Assembly (NCBI GenBank): GCA_036229005.1
Contig: JAZAMN010000052.1
Location: forward strand, 96,001 to 160,000
DNA length: 64,000 nucleotides
Source of the DNA: Myxococcota bacterium
Lineage (GTDB): Bacteria; Myxococcota_A; UBA796; CAJQPC01
Direction of reading: 5' to 3'
In this document: positions 1-9,181 of the stretch, one piece after another
How the letters are laid out: each line of letters starts with the position of its first letter
Numbering within the stretch: position 1 is the stretch's first letter
Program-made: the position numbers and the translations under genes
The notes under the pieces: generated by a model
The model's database searches: none
What the model was told of the DNA's origin: nothing
The model's input: only the letters and a program-made list of their open reading frames with translations

Positions 1-2
1 AC

Positions 3-617
3 TTCCTGGTCGCCTTCGAGTCCTTCATCGGCGTGCTCTACGTGGCTCTGGCCACGGGCCTTGTGTTCGCCCGCTTCTCCCGCCCCGTCGCCCGCGTCAC
101 CTTCACCAACAGCGCCGTCGTCAACTGCACCGACGGCAGCCCCCAGCTCAAGTTCAAGGTGCGCAACCAGCGCGCCAACCAGATCGTCGAGGCCCGGATC
201 CACGTCACCCTGCTCAAGCGCGAGCGGCTCGCGGACGGCAGCAGCTTCATGCGCTTCCACGACCTGCCCCTGGTGCGGGACAGCAGCCCCTTCTTTGTCC
301 TGAGCTGGCAGGTCATGCACCCGCTCACCCCCGACAGCCCCCTCTACGGCGTCACCCCCCAGGAGCTGGCCACCTGGGACGCGGAGCTCCTGGTCACGCT
401 GGTCGGCACCGACGGCACCATGAACCAGCAGATCCACGCCCGCCACAGCTTCCTGACCAGCGAGATCCTCTTTGGGCGGCGCATGGCCGACGTGATCGTC
501 AGGAGAGGGGCTGAGACCGTGCTCAACTGGGAGAACTTCCACCTCACCGAGCCCTTGGCCCCCGAGCTCGGGTTGCCCCCCTGGTGCGGCGAGGACACGC
601 GTAGCCTGACGGACTGA
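3..617 (+). CDS. Inward-rectifier potassium channel (KirBac family), 5'-truncated by window edge
   Basis: Open frame from the window edge: M2 helix then ATGLVFARFSRP, RNQRANQIVEA, SWQVMHPLTPDSPLYG, GTD...HARHS, all typical of the KirBac cytoplasmic domain. Confidence 0.9.
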   Translation, partial: FLVAFESFIGVLYVALATGLVFARFSRPVARVTFTNSAVVNCTDGSPQLKFKVRNQRANQIVEARIHVTLLKRERLADGSSFMRFHDLPLVRDSSPFFVLSWQVMHPLTPDSPLYGVTPQELATWDAELLVTLVGTDGTMNQQIHARHSFLTSEILFGRRMADVIVRRGAETVLNWENFHLTEPLAPELGLPPWCGEDTRSLTD

Positions 618-620
618 AGC

Positions 621-1193
621 TCAGCCTTCAGCCGGCGGCCTCCGCGGCAACAGCAGGTCCTCCAGGAACCAGGCCGCCAGCTCCGCGCGGTTCCCCAGGC
701 CCGCCTTCTTGTAGACCGCCTGCGCCTGCTGGCGCACGGTGCGGTCGCTGGTGCCCCGGACCTCGGCGATCTCCTTGGTCGCCAGCCCCTTGAGCAGCAG
801 CAGAGCGACCTCGGCCTCGGCGGGGCTCAGGTCCCAGCGCTCGAACTGCTGGTCGATCACCTCGCCCAGCGCCTGCAGCGCGTTGTGGGCCTCCCGCTTC
901 CAGCGCGAGGCCTCGGCCTCCAGCGCCTGGGAGCGGGCCTGGGCCTTCTCCAGGCCCGAGAGCGCGTGCGTGAGCGCCTCCCGCTGGCGGCGCGCCCGGC
1001 GGGCGTAGAGCACGATGGTCCCGGTCGCGCCGGCGAGCGCCGCGAGCATCGCGACGCCCTCCATCCCCAGGTGGAGCTGGTCCACCCCCTCCCGGAAATC
1101 CTGCACTTGATCGATGCCGATCAGCAGCGAGATCAAGAGGAACGCCCCCAGCGTGAGGAGGGGGGGCCATTTGACGGATTGCTCGTCAGACAC
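621..1193 (-). CDS. Membrane-anchored LuxR-family transcriptional regulator
   Basis: Two hydrophobic helices, a coiled coil and C-terminal LSPAEAEVALLLLKGLATKEIAEVRGTSDRTVRQQ HTH. GTG start at 1193 chosen because AAGGAAGG lies just upstream (ORF track starts 1235). Confidence 0.85.
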   Translation of the reverse strand: MSDEQSVKWPPLLTLGAFLLISLLIGIDQVQDFREGVDQLHLGMEGVAMLAALAGATGTIVLYARRARRQREALTHALSGLEKAQARSQALEAEASRWKREAHNALQALGEVIDQQFERWDLSPAEAEVALLLLKGLATKEIAEVRGTSDRTVRQQAQAVYKKAGLGNRAELAAWFLEDLLLPRRPPAEG

Positions 1194-1287
1194 CAGGTCC
1201 TTCCTTGCCTTTGGTGATGCAGACAGATGTCGCATGGTGGGGAGCCCGGCTGGGGTCTACCCAGGAGCCCTCAGCCGCTGGGAACCC

Positions 1288-2433
1288 ATGTACCTGATCC
1301 TCACCGCCTCGGCCCTCGCGGGCCCGTTGAACTGGGAGAGCCTCCCCGAGCAGAGCCTCGATGCCTGGGGCGCCGGCCCGGGGGGCGCCGCCAGCGTCCA
1401 GCTCGAGTGGATGGACACGGCCACCCGCAGAGCCCTGCCCGGCCCCGACAGCCTGCGGGCCGAGGTCCAAGCGGGCGACCCCGCGAACGAACAGCAGCTC
1501 CTGGCGCTGTCCATGCCGCTGAGCCTGGGGATCTACGAGCGCCAGCTCTGGGCCCACGCCGAGGCCGCCATCGCCCAGGACGCCCAGGCGGCGCGCTGGG
1601 CCTGGGTGGCGCAGGCGGAGCAGGCCTACGGGGCCTGGTGGCTGGAGGCTTCGCTGCTGGGGCACCTGCGGGAGCTGATCGCCGAGGGCAGCGCACAGCT
1701 CGACCGCCTGGAGCAGGCCGCCCAGGCCGGGCTGGTCTCCCCCGCCACCCTGGATGACATGCGGGCGGCGCTGGCCACGCGCAAGACGGAGCTGGCGCAG
1801 GTCGAGCGCGCCGAGCTCGCCGCCCGGGGGACCCTGCGGACCTACTTCCCCGACGCTGAGCTGGACCTGAGCCTGGGCAGCCTGCCCGAGGCCAACCCCT
1901 GGCCGGCCCTGCAGCCGCAGATCCCCGACTTCCCCCAGCTCCGGCAGCACCAGGCCGCCGCCAGCCAGGCCCGCGCCCAGGCGCACCTGGCCCAGAGCCA
2001 GCGCCTGCCCACCCTGAGCGTGGGCCCCATGCGCGCCGGCGACACCAGCTTCCTGTACGCCGAGCTCAGCCTGCCCCTGGACAGCGGCGCGGGCAGCGAG
2101 CGGGCGGCCGCGATGGGGGTCGCGCAGGCTGAAGAGCGCCGCAGCGACTGGACCCGCACCCAGCTCGAGGCCGAGCTGGCCCTGGAGGCCGAGCGCTACG
2201 CCGCCCTGCTCTCCCAGCGGGCCCGCTTCGAGGGCGAGGTCCTCACCCCCCTGCGCGCCCGCCAAGCGCGCCTGGAGGCCGGTCTGGAGGCCGGCCTGGT
2301 GCCCCTGGAGCGCGCGCTGCGGGGCCGCCAGGACTGGCACGAGGCCGAGCACGCCTGGCTCGCGCTCCAGGCCGAGCTCCAGAGCAGCGCCCTGAGCGCC
2401 ACCACCTTCGCCCTGCTCCTTGAGGAGTCCTGA
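1288..2433 (+). CDS. TolC/CzcC-like outer membrane efflux protein
   Basis: Signal-peptide-like start MYLILTASALA, helical Ala/Gln-rich body, RLPTLSVG and ELSLPL motifs. First gene of an MFP-RND operon, with its stop overlapping the next start. Confidence 0.7.
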   Translation: MYLILTASALAGPLNWESLPEQSLDAWGAGPGGAASVQLEWMDTATRRALPGPDSLRAEVQAGDPANEQQLLALSMPLSLGIYERQLWAHAEAAIAQDAQAARWAWVAQAEQAYGAWWLEASLLGHLRELIAEGSAQLDRLEQAAQAGLVSPATLDDMRAALATRKTELAQVERAELAARGTLRTYFPDAELDLSLGSLPEANPWPALQPQIPDFPQLRQHQAAASQARAQAHLAQSQRLPTLSVGPMRAGDTSFLYAELSLPLDSGAGSERAAAMGVAQAEERRSDWTRTQLEAELALEAERYAALLSQRARFEGEVLTPLRARQARLEAGLEAGLVPLERALRGRQDWHEAEHAWLALQAELQSSALSATTFALLLEES

Positions 2434-3467
2434 TGTCCCCTCTGTTCGCCCTCACCCTGGCCTGCGCTTCCCCAGAACCCCAGGCCACCCAGCCGCCCGC
2501 TGCGCTGGAGGACCGCATCGCCTGGGCCCAGCCAACCGCCGTCCGCGAGGTCCCCATCGCCACGCTGTTCGCGCAGGTGGTCAGCGGGCCCGACGGGGCC
2601 ATCGCCCTGAGCCCCGGGGTGAGCGGGCGCATCCTGAGCTGGCGCGTGGCCCCCGGAGCGCACATCCAGGCCGGCGACCCCCTGGCCGTGCTGGTCTCCC
2701 CCGAGCTCAGCGACCTGACCGCCCAGGTCCAGAGCCTGCAGGCCCAGCTCACCCAGAGCCGCGCCCTGCTGGCCACCCGCGAGCAGGAGCACGCCGCCGG
2801 GCTGATCAGCCTCAGCGCGCTCCGCGAGTCCCAGAGCGAGGTCCAGCGCCTGGAGGCCGAGCTCTCCGCCCAGGACCAGCGCCTCAAGGCACACCAAGAC
2901 GGCCTGGCGCGCAGCGGGCAGAGCTGGACCTGGCGCGCCCGCGTCAGCGGAACGGTGTCCTCGCTGGGCTGCCCAGTCGGCAATGTGGACAGCGCCGATC
3001 GCTGCCTGACGGTGTTGGCGGAGGGTGGAGACCCCCTGCTGGAGCTGTCCCTCCCCGAGCGCTACCTGGACCACGCCCAGGGGCCGCTGCGGGCGGAGTT
3101 CGTGGCAGAGGGCGGGCAGAGCAGCCGCTTCACCGAGCTCAGCCGCACCCCCACCCTGGACCCGCGCACCCGCGCCCAGACCCTGCGCTTCTCCCCCACC
3201 GGCGAGGCCCCCCTCCCGGGACGCAGCGGCCGCGCCACCCTCTGGTCTCCTCAGGAGGCGGTGGGTGTGCCCCCTCAGGCTCTGTCGCTCATCGACGGGG
3301 GCGACGTGGTGTTCGTGCAGGGCGCAGAGGGTCCTGAGCCCCGCGAGGTCACGCTGCTGGGGGCCTCCGAGACCCAGCGCTTCATCTCGGGGGTCTCCCC
3401 GGACGAACAGGTGGCGGTCCAGGGCGTGTTCCTGCTCAAGAGCCTGCTGCTCTCGGAGGCGCTGTGA
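2433..3467 (+). CDS. RND efflux periplasmic adaptor (CzcB-like), lipoprotein
   Basis: Lipobox LTLAC, lipoyl half-motifs (VSGRI..WRVAPGAHIQAGDPL; ARVSGTV), alpha-hairpin, LDPRTR, C-terminal VAVQGVFLLKS. Confidence 0.85.
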   Translation: MSPLFALTLACASPEPQATQPPAALEDRIAWAQPTAVREVPIATLFAQVVSGPDGAIALSPGVSGRILSWRVAPGAHIQAGDPLAVLVSPELSDLTAQVQSLQAQLTQSRALLATREQEHAAGLISLSALRESQSEVQRLEAELSAQDQRLKAHQDGLARSGQSWTWRARVSGTVSSLGCPVGNVDSADRCLTVLAEGGDPLLELSLPERYLDHAQGPLRAEFVAEGGQSSRFTELSRTPTLDPRTRAQTLRFSPTGEAPLPGRSGRATLWSPQEAVGVPPQALSLIDGGDVVFVQGAEGPEPREVTLLGASETQRFISGVSPDEQVAVQGVFLLKSLLLSEAL

Positions 3468-6400
3468 GCCTGCTGTCCGCCCTGATTGAAGCCTCGGTGC
3501 GCCACCGGGTGCTGGTCCTGGCCCTGACCCTGCTGGGGGTGCTCGGGGGCGCGCTGTCCATGCAGCGGCTCACCTTCGACGCCTTCCCGGACCTGACCAA
3601 CACCCAGGTGCAGGTGCTCACCAGCAGCGGCGGCCTGGGCTCCGAGGAGGTCGAGCTGCTGGTCACCCTGCCCGTGGAGCGCTCGCTGCAGGGCATCCCC
3701 GGGATCGCCGAGCTGCGCTCGGTCTCGCGGCCTGGGGTGTCTTCGGTGACGGTGGTGTTCGAGGAGGGCACGGACCCCAACCTGGCCCGCCAGTGGGTCA
3801 AGGAGCGGGTGGATCTGGCCCGCGAGGACATCCCCCCGGGGCTGGGCAGTCCGGAGCTGGCGCCTCCCACCACCGGCCTGGGTGAGGTCTACCAGTTCAC
3901 GGTCGCCAGCGACTCCCGCAGCCCCAGCAGCCTCTACGGCGTGTTCCGCGCCGACATCGCGCCGCGCATCCAGGCCCTGGACGGCGTGGTCGAGGTGAAC
4001 GCCTGGGGCGGCGGCGAGCCCCAGTTGGACGTGGTGATCGACCCCTGGGCCCTGGCCGCCCGGGGCCTGACCCTGCCCGACGTCGAGGCCGCCCTGCAGG
4101 CCGCCGTGGGTGTGGAGTCCGGGGGCTCACTGGAGGCCGGCAGCGAGCGCGCCAGCCTGCGCGTGATCGGGAACCCGGACACCCCCGAGGCCCTGGCGGA
4201 GCTCCCGCTGGCCCCCAGCGTGCGCCTGGGGGACGTCGCGGAGATCCGGGACTCCGGCTCGCTGACGGTGGGCCTGGGCACCGCGGACGGCGAGGGCGAG
4301 GTGGTCTTCGCGGTGGTCCAGTTGCTGGCTGGCGCGGACGCCCGCAGCGTGTCCCGGGAGGTCCAGGAGCGGGTGGCCGAGATCCAGGCCTCTCTGCCCG
4401 ACGACGTGCGCATCGAGCCCATCTACGAGCGCGAGAAGCTGGTGGGCAGCACCCTGCACACCGTGGCGAAGTCCCTGACCGAGGGCGGCCTGTTGGTCAT
4501 CCTGGTCCTGCTGCTCCTCCTGGGGGACCTGCGGGCGGGGCTGGTGGTGGCCTCGGTCATCCCCATGGCCCTGCTGGGGGCCTTCGTGGGGCTGAACACC
4601 CTGGGCTACTCGGGCAACCTGATGTCCCTGGGGGCCATCGACTTTGGGCTGGTGGTGGATGGGACCATCGTGGTCGTGGAGTCCATCGTGGCCCTGCAGC
4701 TCGCGGCCAACCAGTCCCTGCGGGAGGCCGTGGTGCAGAGCACCCGGAGCGTGGCCCGCCCGGTGCTGTTCGCCGTGGGGATCCTGCTGCTGGTCTACCT
4801 GCCGGTGCTCGCGATGGTGGGCACCGAGGGCCGCCTGTTCCGGCCCATGGCCGTCACCGTGCTGATGGCCCTGGCGACCGCGCTGCTGCTGAGCTTCACC
4901 TATGTGCCGGCCATCTCCAGCTTCCTGGTCAAGCCCAGGGGCGACCACAGCACCTGGCTGCTCGCCAAGGCCCGCGCGCTCCATGGCCCGCTGCTGGACG
5001 CCGCGATGGCGCGGCCCAAGGTGACCATCGCGGTGGGCGCGCTGGCGATCACCGGCACCCTGGCTCTGGGCACCACCCTGGGCGTGGAGTTCGTGCCGCG
5101 CCTGGAGGAGGGGGACCTGGCCATCCAGACCGCGCGGCTGCCCTCCATCTCGCCGGCCATGGCCAAGGCCGAGTCCACCCGCATCGAGCGCATCATCCAG
5201 CAGTTCCCCGAGGTCGAGCGCATCGCGTCCCGCACCGGGTCCCCCGCCCTGGCCACCGACCCCATGGGCATGGAGGAGGCCGACATCCTGGTGCGCCTGC
5301 GGCCCATGGACCAGTGGGAGACCGCCGCCGACACCGAGGGCCTCACGGCCGCCTTCGAGGCCGCCCTGCGAGCGGGCGCCCCCGGCCCCGAGTACACCTT
5401 CACCCAGCCCATCCAGATGCGCTTCAACGAGCTGCTGGAGGGCATCACCAGCGACGTGGGTGTGTCCATCTACGGCAGCGATCTGGACGCCCTGCTCCTG
5501 GCCGGCCAGCAGGTCGCGGCGGCCCTGGAGTCGGTGGACGGCGCCGCCGACGTGGTGGCCCCCAGCCTGGAAGGCCTGGCCGTCGTGGATCTGGAGCTGC
5601 AGCCCGAGCGCCTGGCCCGCCTGGACAGCGATCCGGTGGCCGCCCGCATGATGGTGGCCGCGGTGCAGCGCGGCGTGCCGGTGACCCAGGTGATCCGCGG
5701 TCAGTACCAGGACCCGGTGGTGCTCAAGATCGACGCGCCCAAGCACGTCTCGCTGCTGGACCTGCCCCTGGCGACCCCGGCGGGCGTGGTGAGCATGGGG
5801 GACGTGCTCAGCCTGTCCTCGGGCCAGCGGGCGGCTGTCGTGGAGCGCGATGCGGGCAGTCGCCGGGTGGTGGTCCAAGCCAATGTGCGGGGCCGAGATC
5901 TGGGCTCCTTCATGGAGGACGCGCAGCGCGCAGTGGACGGCGTGGCGCTCCCCGACGGCTACTGGGTGAGCTGGTCCGGCGAGTACGAGCAGCTCCGGGA
6001 GGCCAGCGACCGCCTGGCGCTCACCCTGCCCCTGACGCTGATCGCCGTGATGGTGATGCTCTACTACGCGTTCGCCTCCTGGAGGCCCGCCGCGCTGATC
6101 CTGCTGGCCGTCCCCGCGGCGGTCTCGGGCGGCATCCTGGCGCTGATGGGGCGCGGGCTGCCGCTATCGATGTCAGCGATCGTGGGCTTCATCGCCCTGT
6201 CCGGCATCGCCGTGATGAACGGCATCGTGCTGCTCTCGCGCACCCGCGAGCTGCATCGGCAGACCACCAGCCAACAGGCCGCCCTGGAGTCCGCCCGCGA
6301 GCGCTTCCGGCCGGTGCTGATGACCGCGCTGGTGGCGGGGATCGGGTTCGTCCCGATGGCCCTGGCGCAGGGGGTCGGCGCCGAGGTGCAGCGGCCCCTG

Positions 6401-6502
6401 GCGACGGTGGTGATCGGTGGGCTGCTGACGGCAACGCCCGTCACTCTGCTGGTGCTGCCGTCGATCTACGGGCTGCTGTTCAAGGGGGAGGACCCAGCCT
6501 GA
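3464..6502 (+). CDS. czcA: CzcA/CusA-family heavy-metal RND efflux transporter
   Basis: DAFPDLTNTQVQV, GLGEVYQF, TM4 NLMSLGAIDFGLVVDGTIVVVE, RFRPVLMTALVA, GAEVQRPLATVVIGG; 1012 aa. Confidence 0.92.
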   Translation: MSLLSALIEASVRHRVLVLALTLLGVLGGALSMQRLTFDAFPDLTNTQVQVLTSSGGLGSEEVELLVTLPVERSLQGIPGIAELRSVSRPGVSSVTVVFEEGTDPNLARQWVKERVDLAREDIPPGLGSPELAPPTTGLGEVYQFTVASDSRSPSSLYGVFRADIAPRIQALDGVVEVNAWGGGEPQLDVVIDPWALAARGLTLPDVEAALQAAVGVESGGSLEAGSERASLRVIGNPDTPEALAELPLAPSVRLGDVAEIRDSGSLTVGLGTADGEGEVVFAVVQLLAGADARSVSREVQERVAEIQASLPDDVRIEPIYEREKLVGSTLHTVAKSLTEGGLLVILVLLLLLGDLRAGLVVASVIPMALLGAFVGLNTLGYSGNLMSLGAIDFGLVVDGTIVVVESIVALQLAANQSLREAVVQSTRSVARPVLFAVGILLLVYLPVLAMVGTEGRLFRPMAVTVLMALATALLLSFTYVPAISSFLVKPRGDHSTWLLAKARALHGPLLDAAMARPKVTIAVGALAITGTLALGTTLGVEFVPRLEEGDLAIQTARLPSISPAMAKAESTRIERIIQQFPEVERIASRTGSPALATDPMGMEEADILVRLRPMDQWETAADTEGLTAAFEAALRAGAPGPEYTFTQPIQMRFNELLEGITSDVGVSIYGSDLDALLLAGQQVAAALESVDGAADVVAPSLEGLAVVDLELQPERLARLDSDPVAARMMVAAVQRGVPVTQVIRGQYQDPVVLKIDAPKHVSLLDLPLATPAGVVSMGDVLSLSSGQRAAVVERDAGSRRVVVQANVRGRDLGSFMEDAQRAVDGVALPDGYWVSWSGEYEQLREASDRLALTLPLTLIAVMVMLYYAFASWRPAALILLAVPAAVSGGILALMGRGLPLSMSAIVGFIALSGIAVMNGIVLLSRTRELHRQTTSQQAALESARERFRPVLMTALVAGIGFVPMALAQGVGAEVQRPLATVVIGGLLTATPVTLLVLPSIYGLLFKGEDPA

Positions 6503-7528
6503 TCACGCGGCCTGCAGAGCCAGGCGCTCCCGAGCGAGCCGGTACTCCCGCTGGAGCCGGCGCGCCCGCCCCACCCGGGGGTGGATGGCCTGGATGGGCC
6601 CAGGGTCGTTCTGCAGGGAGCACTCGTTGACCAGGGTCCAGGCGTGGTGCGCGGTCTGGAGGGCGCAGTCCAGCGCATCGACCGGGGTGGCGCCCGCCCG
6701 CAGCTCAAAGACCCGCTGGGCCATCTGACGCAGCTCGGGGTGGCCGGCGTCCTGGAGGCTGTCCAGCACCTGGGCGCGGACCCAGCGCTCGCTCAGGCTC
6801 AGCCAGCCGCGGGCCTCTCGCTCGTCCAGGGGCAGCAGCTCGCCGGTGGCCTCGAAGTAGAGCAGGTTGGCGGCGTACATGTGCCCGGGCGCGCAGAAGC
6901 CGCAGCCGTTGCCGAAGGCGGTGAGTCCCGCCAGGACCTGGGCCTGCCAGTCCCCCACCATCTCCTCCAGGCGGGTCAGGGCGCGCTGCAGGGAGCGCGA
7001 GAGCTCCCCCGTGGCCCCGGCGACGCCGTAGGTCGTGAGCATGGTCTCCAGGAAGGGCGCCTCGTAGCCGGCGGACATGCGCATCCCCCAGCCCATCCCG
7101 CGGGCCAGCCCGCGCTCGATGAAGGAGGCCTCCCGGCCGGGGGTGGTCTCCAGCTCGGGCACCCCCATGGCGGCCAGCGCGTCCCCCAGCCGGGAGCCAC
7201 CCTTGGCCAGCGTGCGGGCAGCCAGCGCCCGGTCGATCAGCACCTTGGTGTCCCGATCCTGCGCCCGGTGAAAGGCCACCACACAGAGCCCCCGGGTCGC
7301 CGGCACCCCCGCTGCGTAGGCCAGCGAGGTCCCCTGCGCGCGCAGGGTCTGGTGCACCTGGGACAGCTCAGCGGCCGCGCCGGGGCTGAGCGCGTGCTCC
7401 CCCAGATCCACGACCGCGTGGGTGCGGCCCGCCAGCAGCTCCGGCAAGGGCGCAAACACGGGCTCCCCCGGCGCCTTGAGCACCGCGGCGAAGGCCTCAT
7501 CTTCGATCAGCTCCCAGAGTGTCTGCAC
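6503..7528 (-). CDS. Hypothetical protein: possible STAS-like N-terminus plus AhpD/carboxymuconolactone decarboxylase-like CxxC-H domain
   Basis: HAVVDLG...LSQVHQTLRAQGTSLAYA resembles STAS; NGCGFCAPGH resembles the AhpD CxxCxxxH motif. Overlaps the upstream kinase stop. Confidence 0.55.
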   Translation of the reverse strand: MQTLWELIEDEAFAAVLKAPGEPVFAPLPELLAGRTHAVVDLGEHALSPGAAAELSQVHQTLRAQGTSLAYAAGVPATRGLCVVAFHRAQDRDTKVLIDRALAARTLAKGGSRLGDALAAMGVPELETTPGREASFIERGLARGMGWGMRMSAGYEAPFLETMLTTYGVAGATGELSRSLQRALTRLEEMVGDWQAQVLAGLTAFGNGCGFCAPGHMYAANLLYFEATGELLPLDEREARGWLSLSERWVRAQVLDSLQDAGHPELRQMAQRVFELRAGATPVDALDCALQTAHHAWTLVNECSLQNDPGPIQAIHPRVGRARRLQREYRLARERLALQAA

Positions 7529-9120
7529 GGTCGCGCTCCCAGGAGCGCCCGCAGGCGCTCGACGTCAAAGGGTTTGTGAAGCACGCCGTCCAGCCCCGCT
7601 GCGGCGCACTCGGCCTGCATCTGCGGACCCTCCAGCGCCGTGAGGGCCAGCACCGACGGGCCTCGTCCTCCCCAGCCCGCGCGCAGCCGCCGCGTGGCCT
7701 CCAATCCATCCATCTCCGGCATCTCAAGGTCCATCAGCACCAGCTCCACCGACCCGGGATCGGCGAGCGCCTCCACGGCCTTGACCCCGCTGGGGAAGCC
7801 CTCCGCCCGCGCCCCGGCGGACTGCAGGATCCGCATGGCCACCATCAGGTTCACCGGGTTGTCGTCCACCACAGCGACCCGCAGGTCCCGCAGGGCGTCC
7901 GAGGCGCTGCGCTCAAGCTGGCTGCGCCCGACCGACACCACCGCGCAGATCTCCGTCCCCCGCACAGGGGCGCTCTCCAGGTGCAGCGACCCATCCATCG
8001 CCGCGCACAGCGCCCTGCACAGCCCCAGCCCCAGCCCCTGACCCTGCGCCCGACCGCGCACCGACCCCGTGGCCTCCAGCGGCGCGAAGAGGTGCGCCTG
8101 CTCCGCCGGGCCCAGCACCAGCTCCGGTGCCCGGAAGGACCACGACAGCGCGTAGCCCTTCGCCGTCTCCCAGGCGTCCACCCGGAGCTTCAGCGGGCCG
8201 CCGTTGGCCAGCGCCACCATGAACTCCCCCAGCCGGAGCAGGAGCTGACGCAGTCGGGCCATGTCGCCGCGGACCCAGTCCGGGAGCCCATCCAACGAGG
8301 CCACCAGCCCCAGGTCCCCCACCACCTCCAGGAGCTGACGCAGCTCCAGATCCCGCCGCCGCAGCTCGAAGTCCCCCACGTCCAGCGCCGCGTAGTCCAG
8401 CACGTCCCCCACCAGACGCTGGAGCTGCTCGCCCGCGGTCCGCAGCCCGCTCAGCTCCTCCCGCCCCCGCACATCCAGGGCCTGCAGCTCCAGGAGCTGC
8501 GTGAAGCCCAGCACGCCATTCAGGGGCGTCCGCAGCTCGTGGCTCAGCGCCGCCATCACCCGCGACCGCATCTCCGCGGCCTCCCGCCCCGCCTGCACCG
8601 CCGCCCGCTCCGCCCGCAGCGCCCGCTCGTCCGCCGAGCGATCCACGCCGTGCAGCAGGAAGCCCTGGATCCCTCCGTGCTGGTCCAGCAGAGGCGCCGC
8701 CTTGAGCTGGAAGCTGCGCTCCTGGTGTTGGGCGTCCAGCAGCTCCAGCGACACCCCCGAGAGCAGCTCCGGCAGCGACAGCGCACGCTCCTGTACGCAG
8801 AGGTCCCGCAGCAGCGCCACCACCGACTCCCCACCCACCGGAACCCCGAAGAACGCGCGCGCGACCTGGTTCTCGGCGACGACGAGGCCACCCGCATCGA
8901 GCTGCAGCAGCAGCGTGGGCAGCTCGGTGAACATGGCCTCCATGTGGGAGGCGTGGACCATCTCCCGCCGGAGCTGCTGGACCAGCACCTCGAGCGCAGC
9001 CGCGAGCTCGCCGAGCTCGGGACTCTGGGGGGTCGGGATCTGCGTGTCCAGGTCCAGGGTGACGAGCTGATAGACAGCCGCCATCAAGGCCTGGAGATCG
9101 CGGGCGAGCTGGGAATGCAC
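7507..9120 (-). CDS. Hybrid histidine kinase/response regulator (PAS-HisKA-degenerate HATPase-REC)
   Basis: H-box LSHELRTPLNGV, G2 GQGLGLGLC, receiver VVDDNPVN...LMDLEMPEMDG...LHKPF. Start estimated at GTG 9120, since the longer ORF overlaps the sulfatase gene. Confidence 0.85.
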   Translation of the reverse strand: MHSQLARDLQALMAAVYQLVTLDLDTQIPTPQSPELGELAAALEVLVQQLRREMVHASHMEAMFTELPTLLLQLDAGGLVVAENQVARAFFGVPVGGESVVALLRDLCVQERALSLPELLSGVSLELLDAQHQERSFQLKAAPLLDQHGGIQGFLLHGVDRSADERALRAERAAVQAGREAAEMRSRVMAALSHELRTPLNGVLGFTQLLELQALDVRGREELSGLRTAGEQLQRLVGDVLDYAALDVGDFELRRRDLELRQLLEVVGDLGLVASLDGLPDWVRGDMARLRQLLLRLGEFMVALANGGPLKLRVDAWETAKGYALSWSFRAPELVLGPAEQAHLFAPLEATGSVRGRAQGQGLGLGLCRALCAAMDGSLHLESAPVRGTEICAVVSVGRSQLERSASDALRDLRVAVVDDNPVNLMVAMRILQSAGARAEGFPSGVKAVEALADPGSVELVLMDLEMPEMDGLEATRRLRAGWGGRGPSVLALTALEGPQMQAECAAAGLDGVLHKPFDVERLRALLGARPCRHSGS

Positions 9121-9181
9121 CCTCAGCCCATCGGGCGCCCCCAGAGCCGACTGAAATGCAATCCAGGTGAAAGCGGCACTC

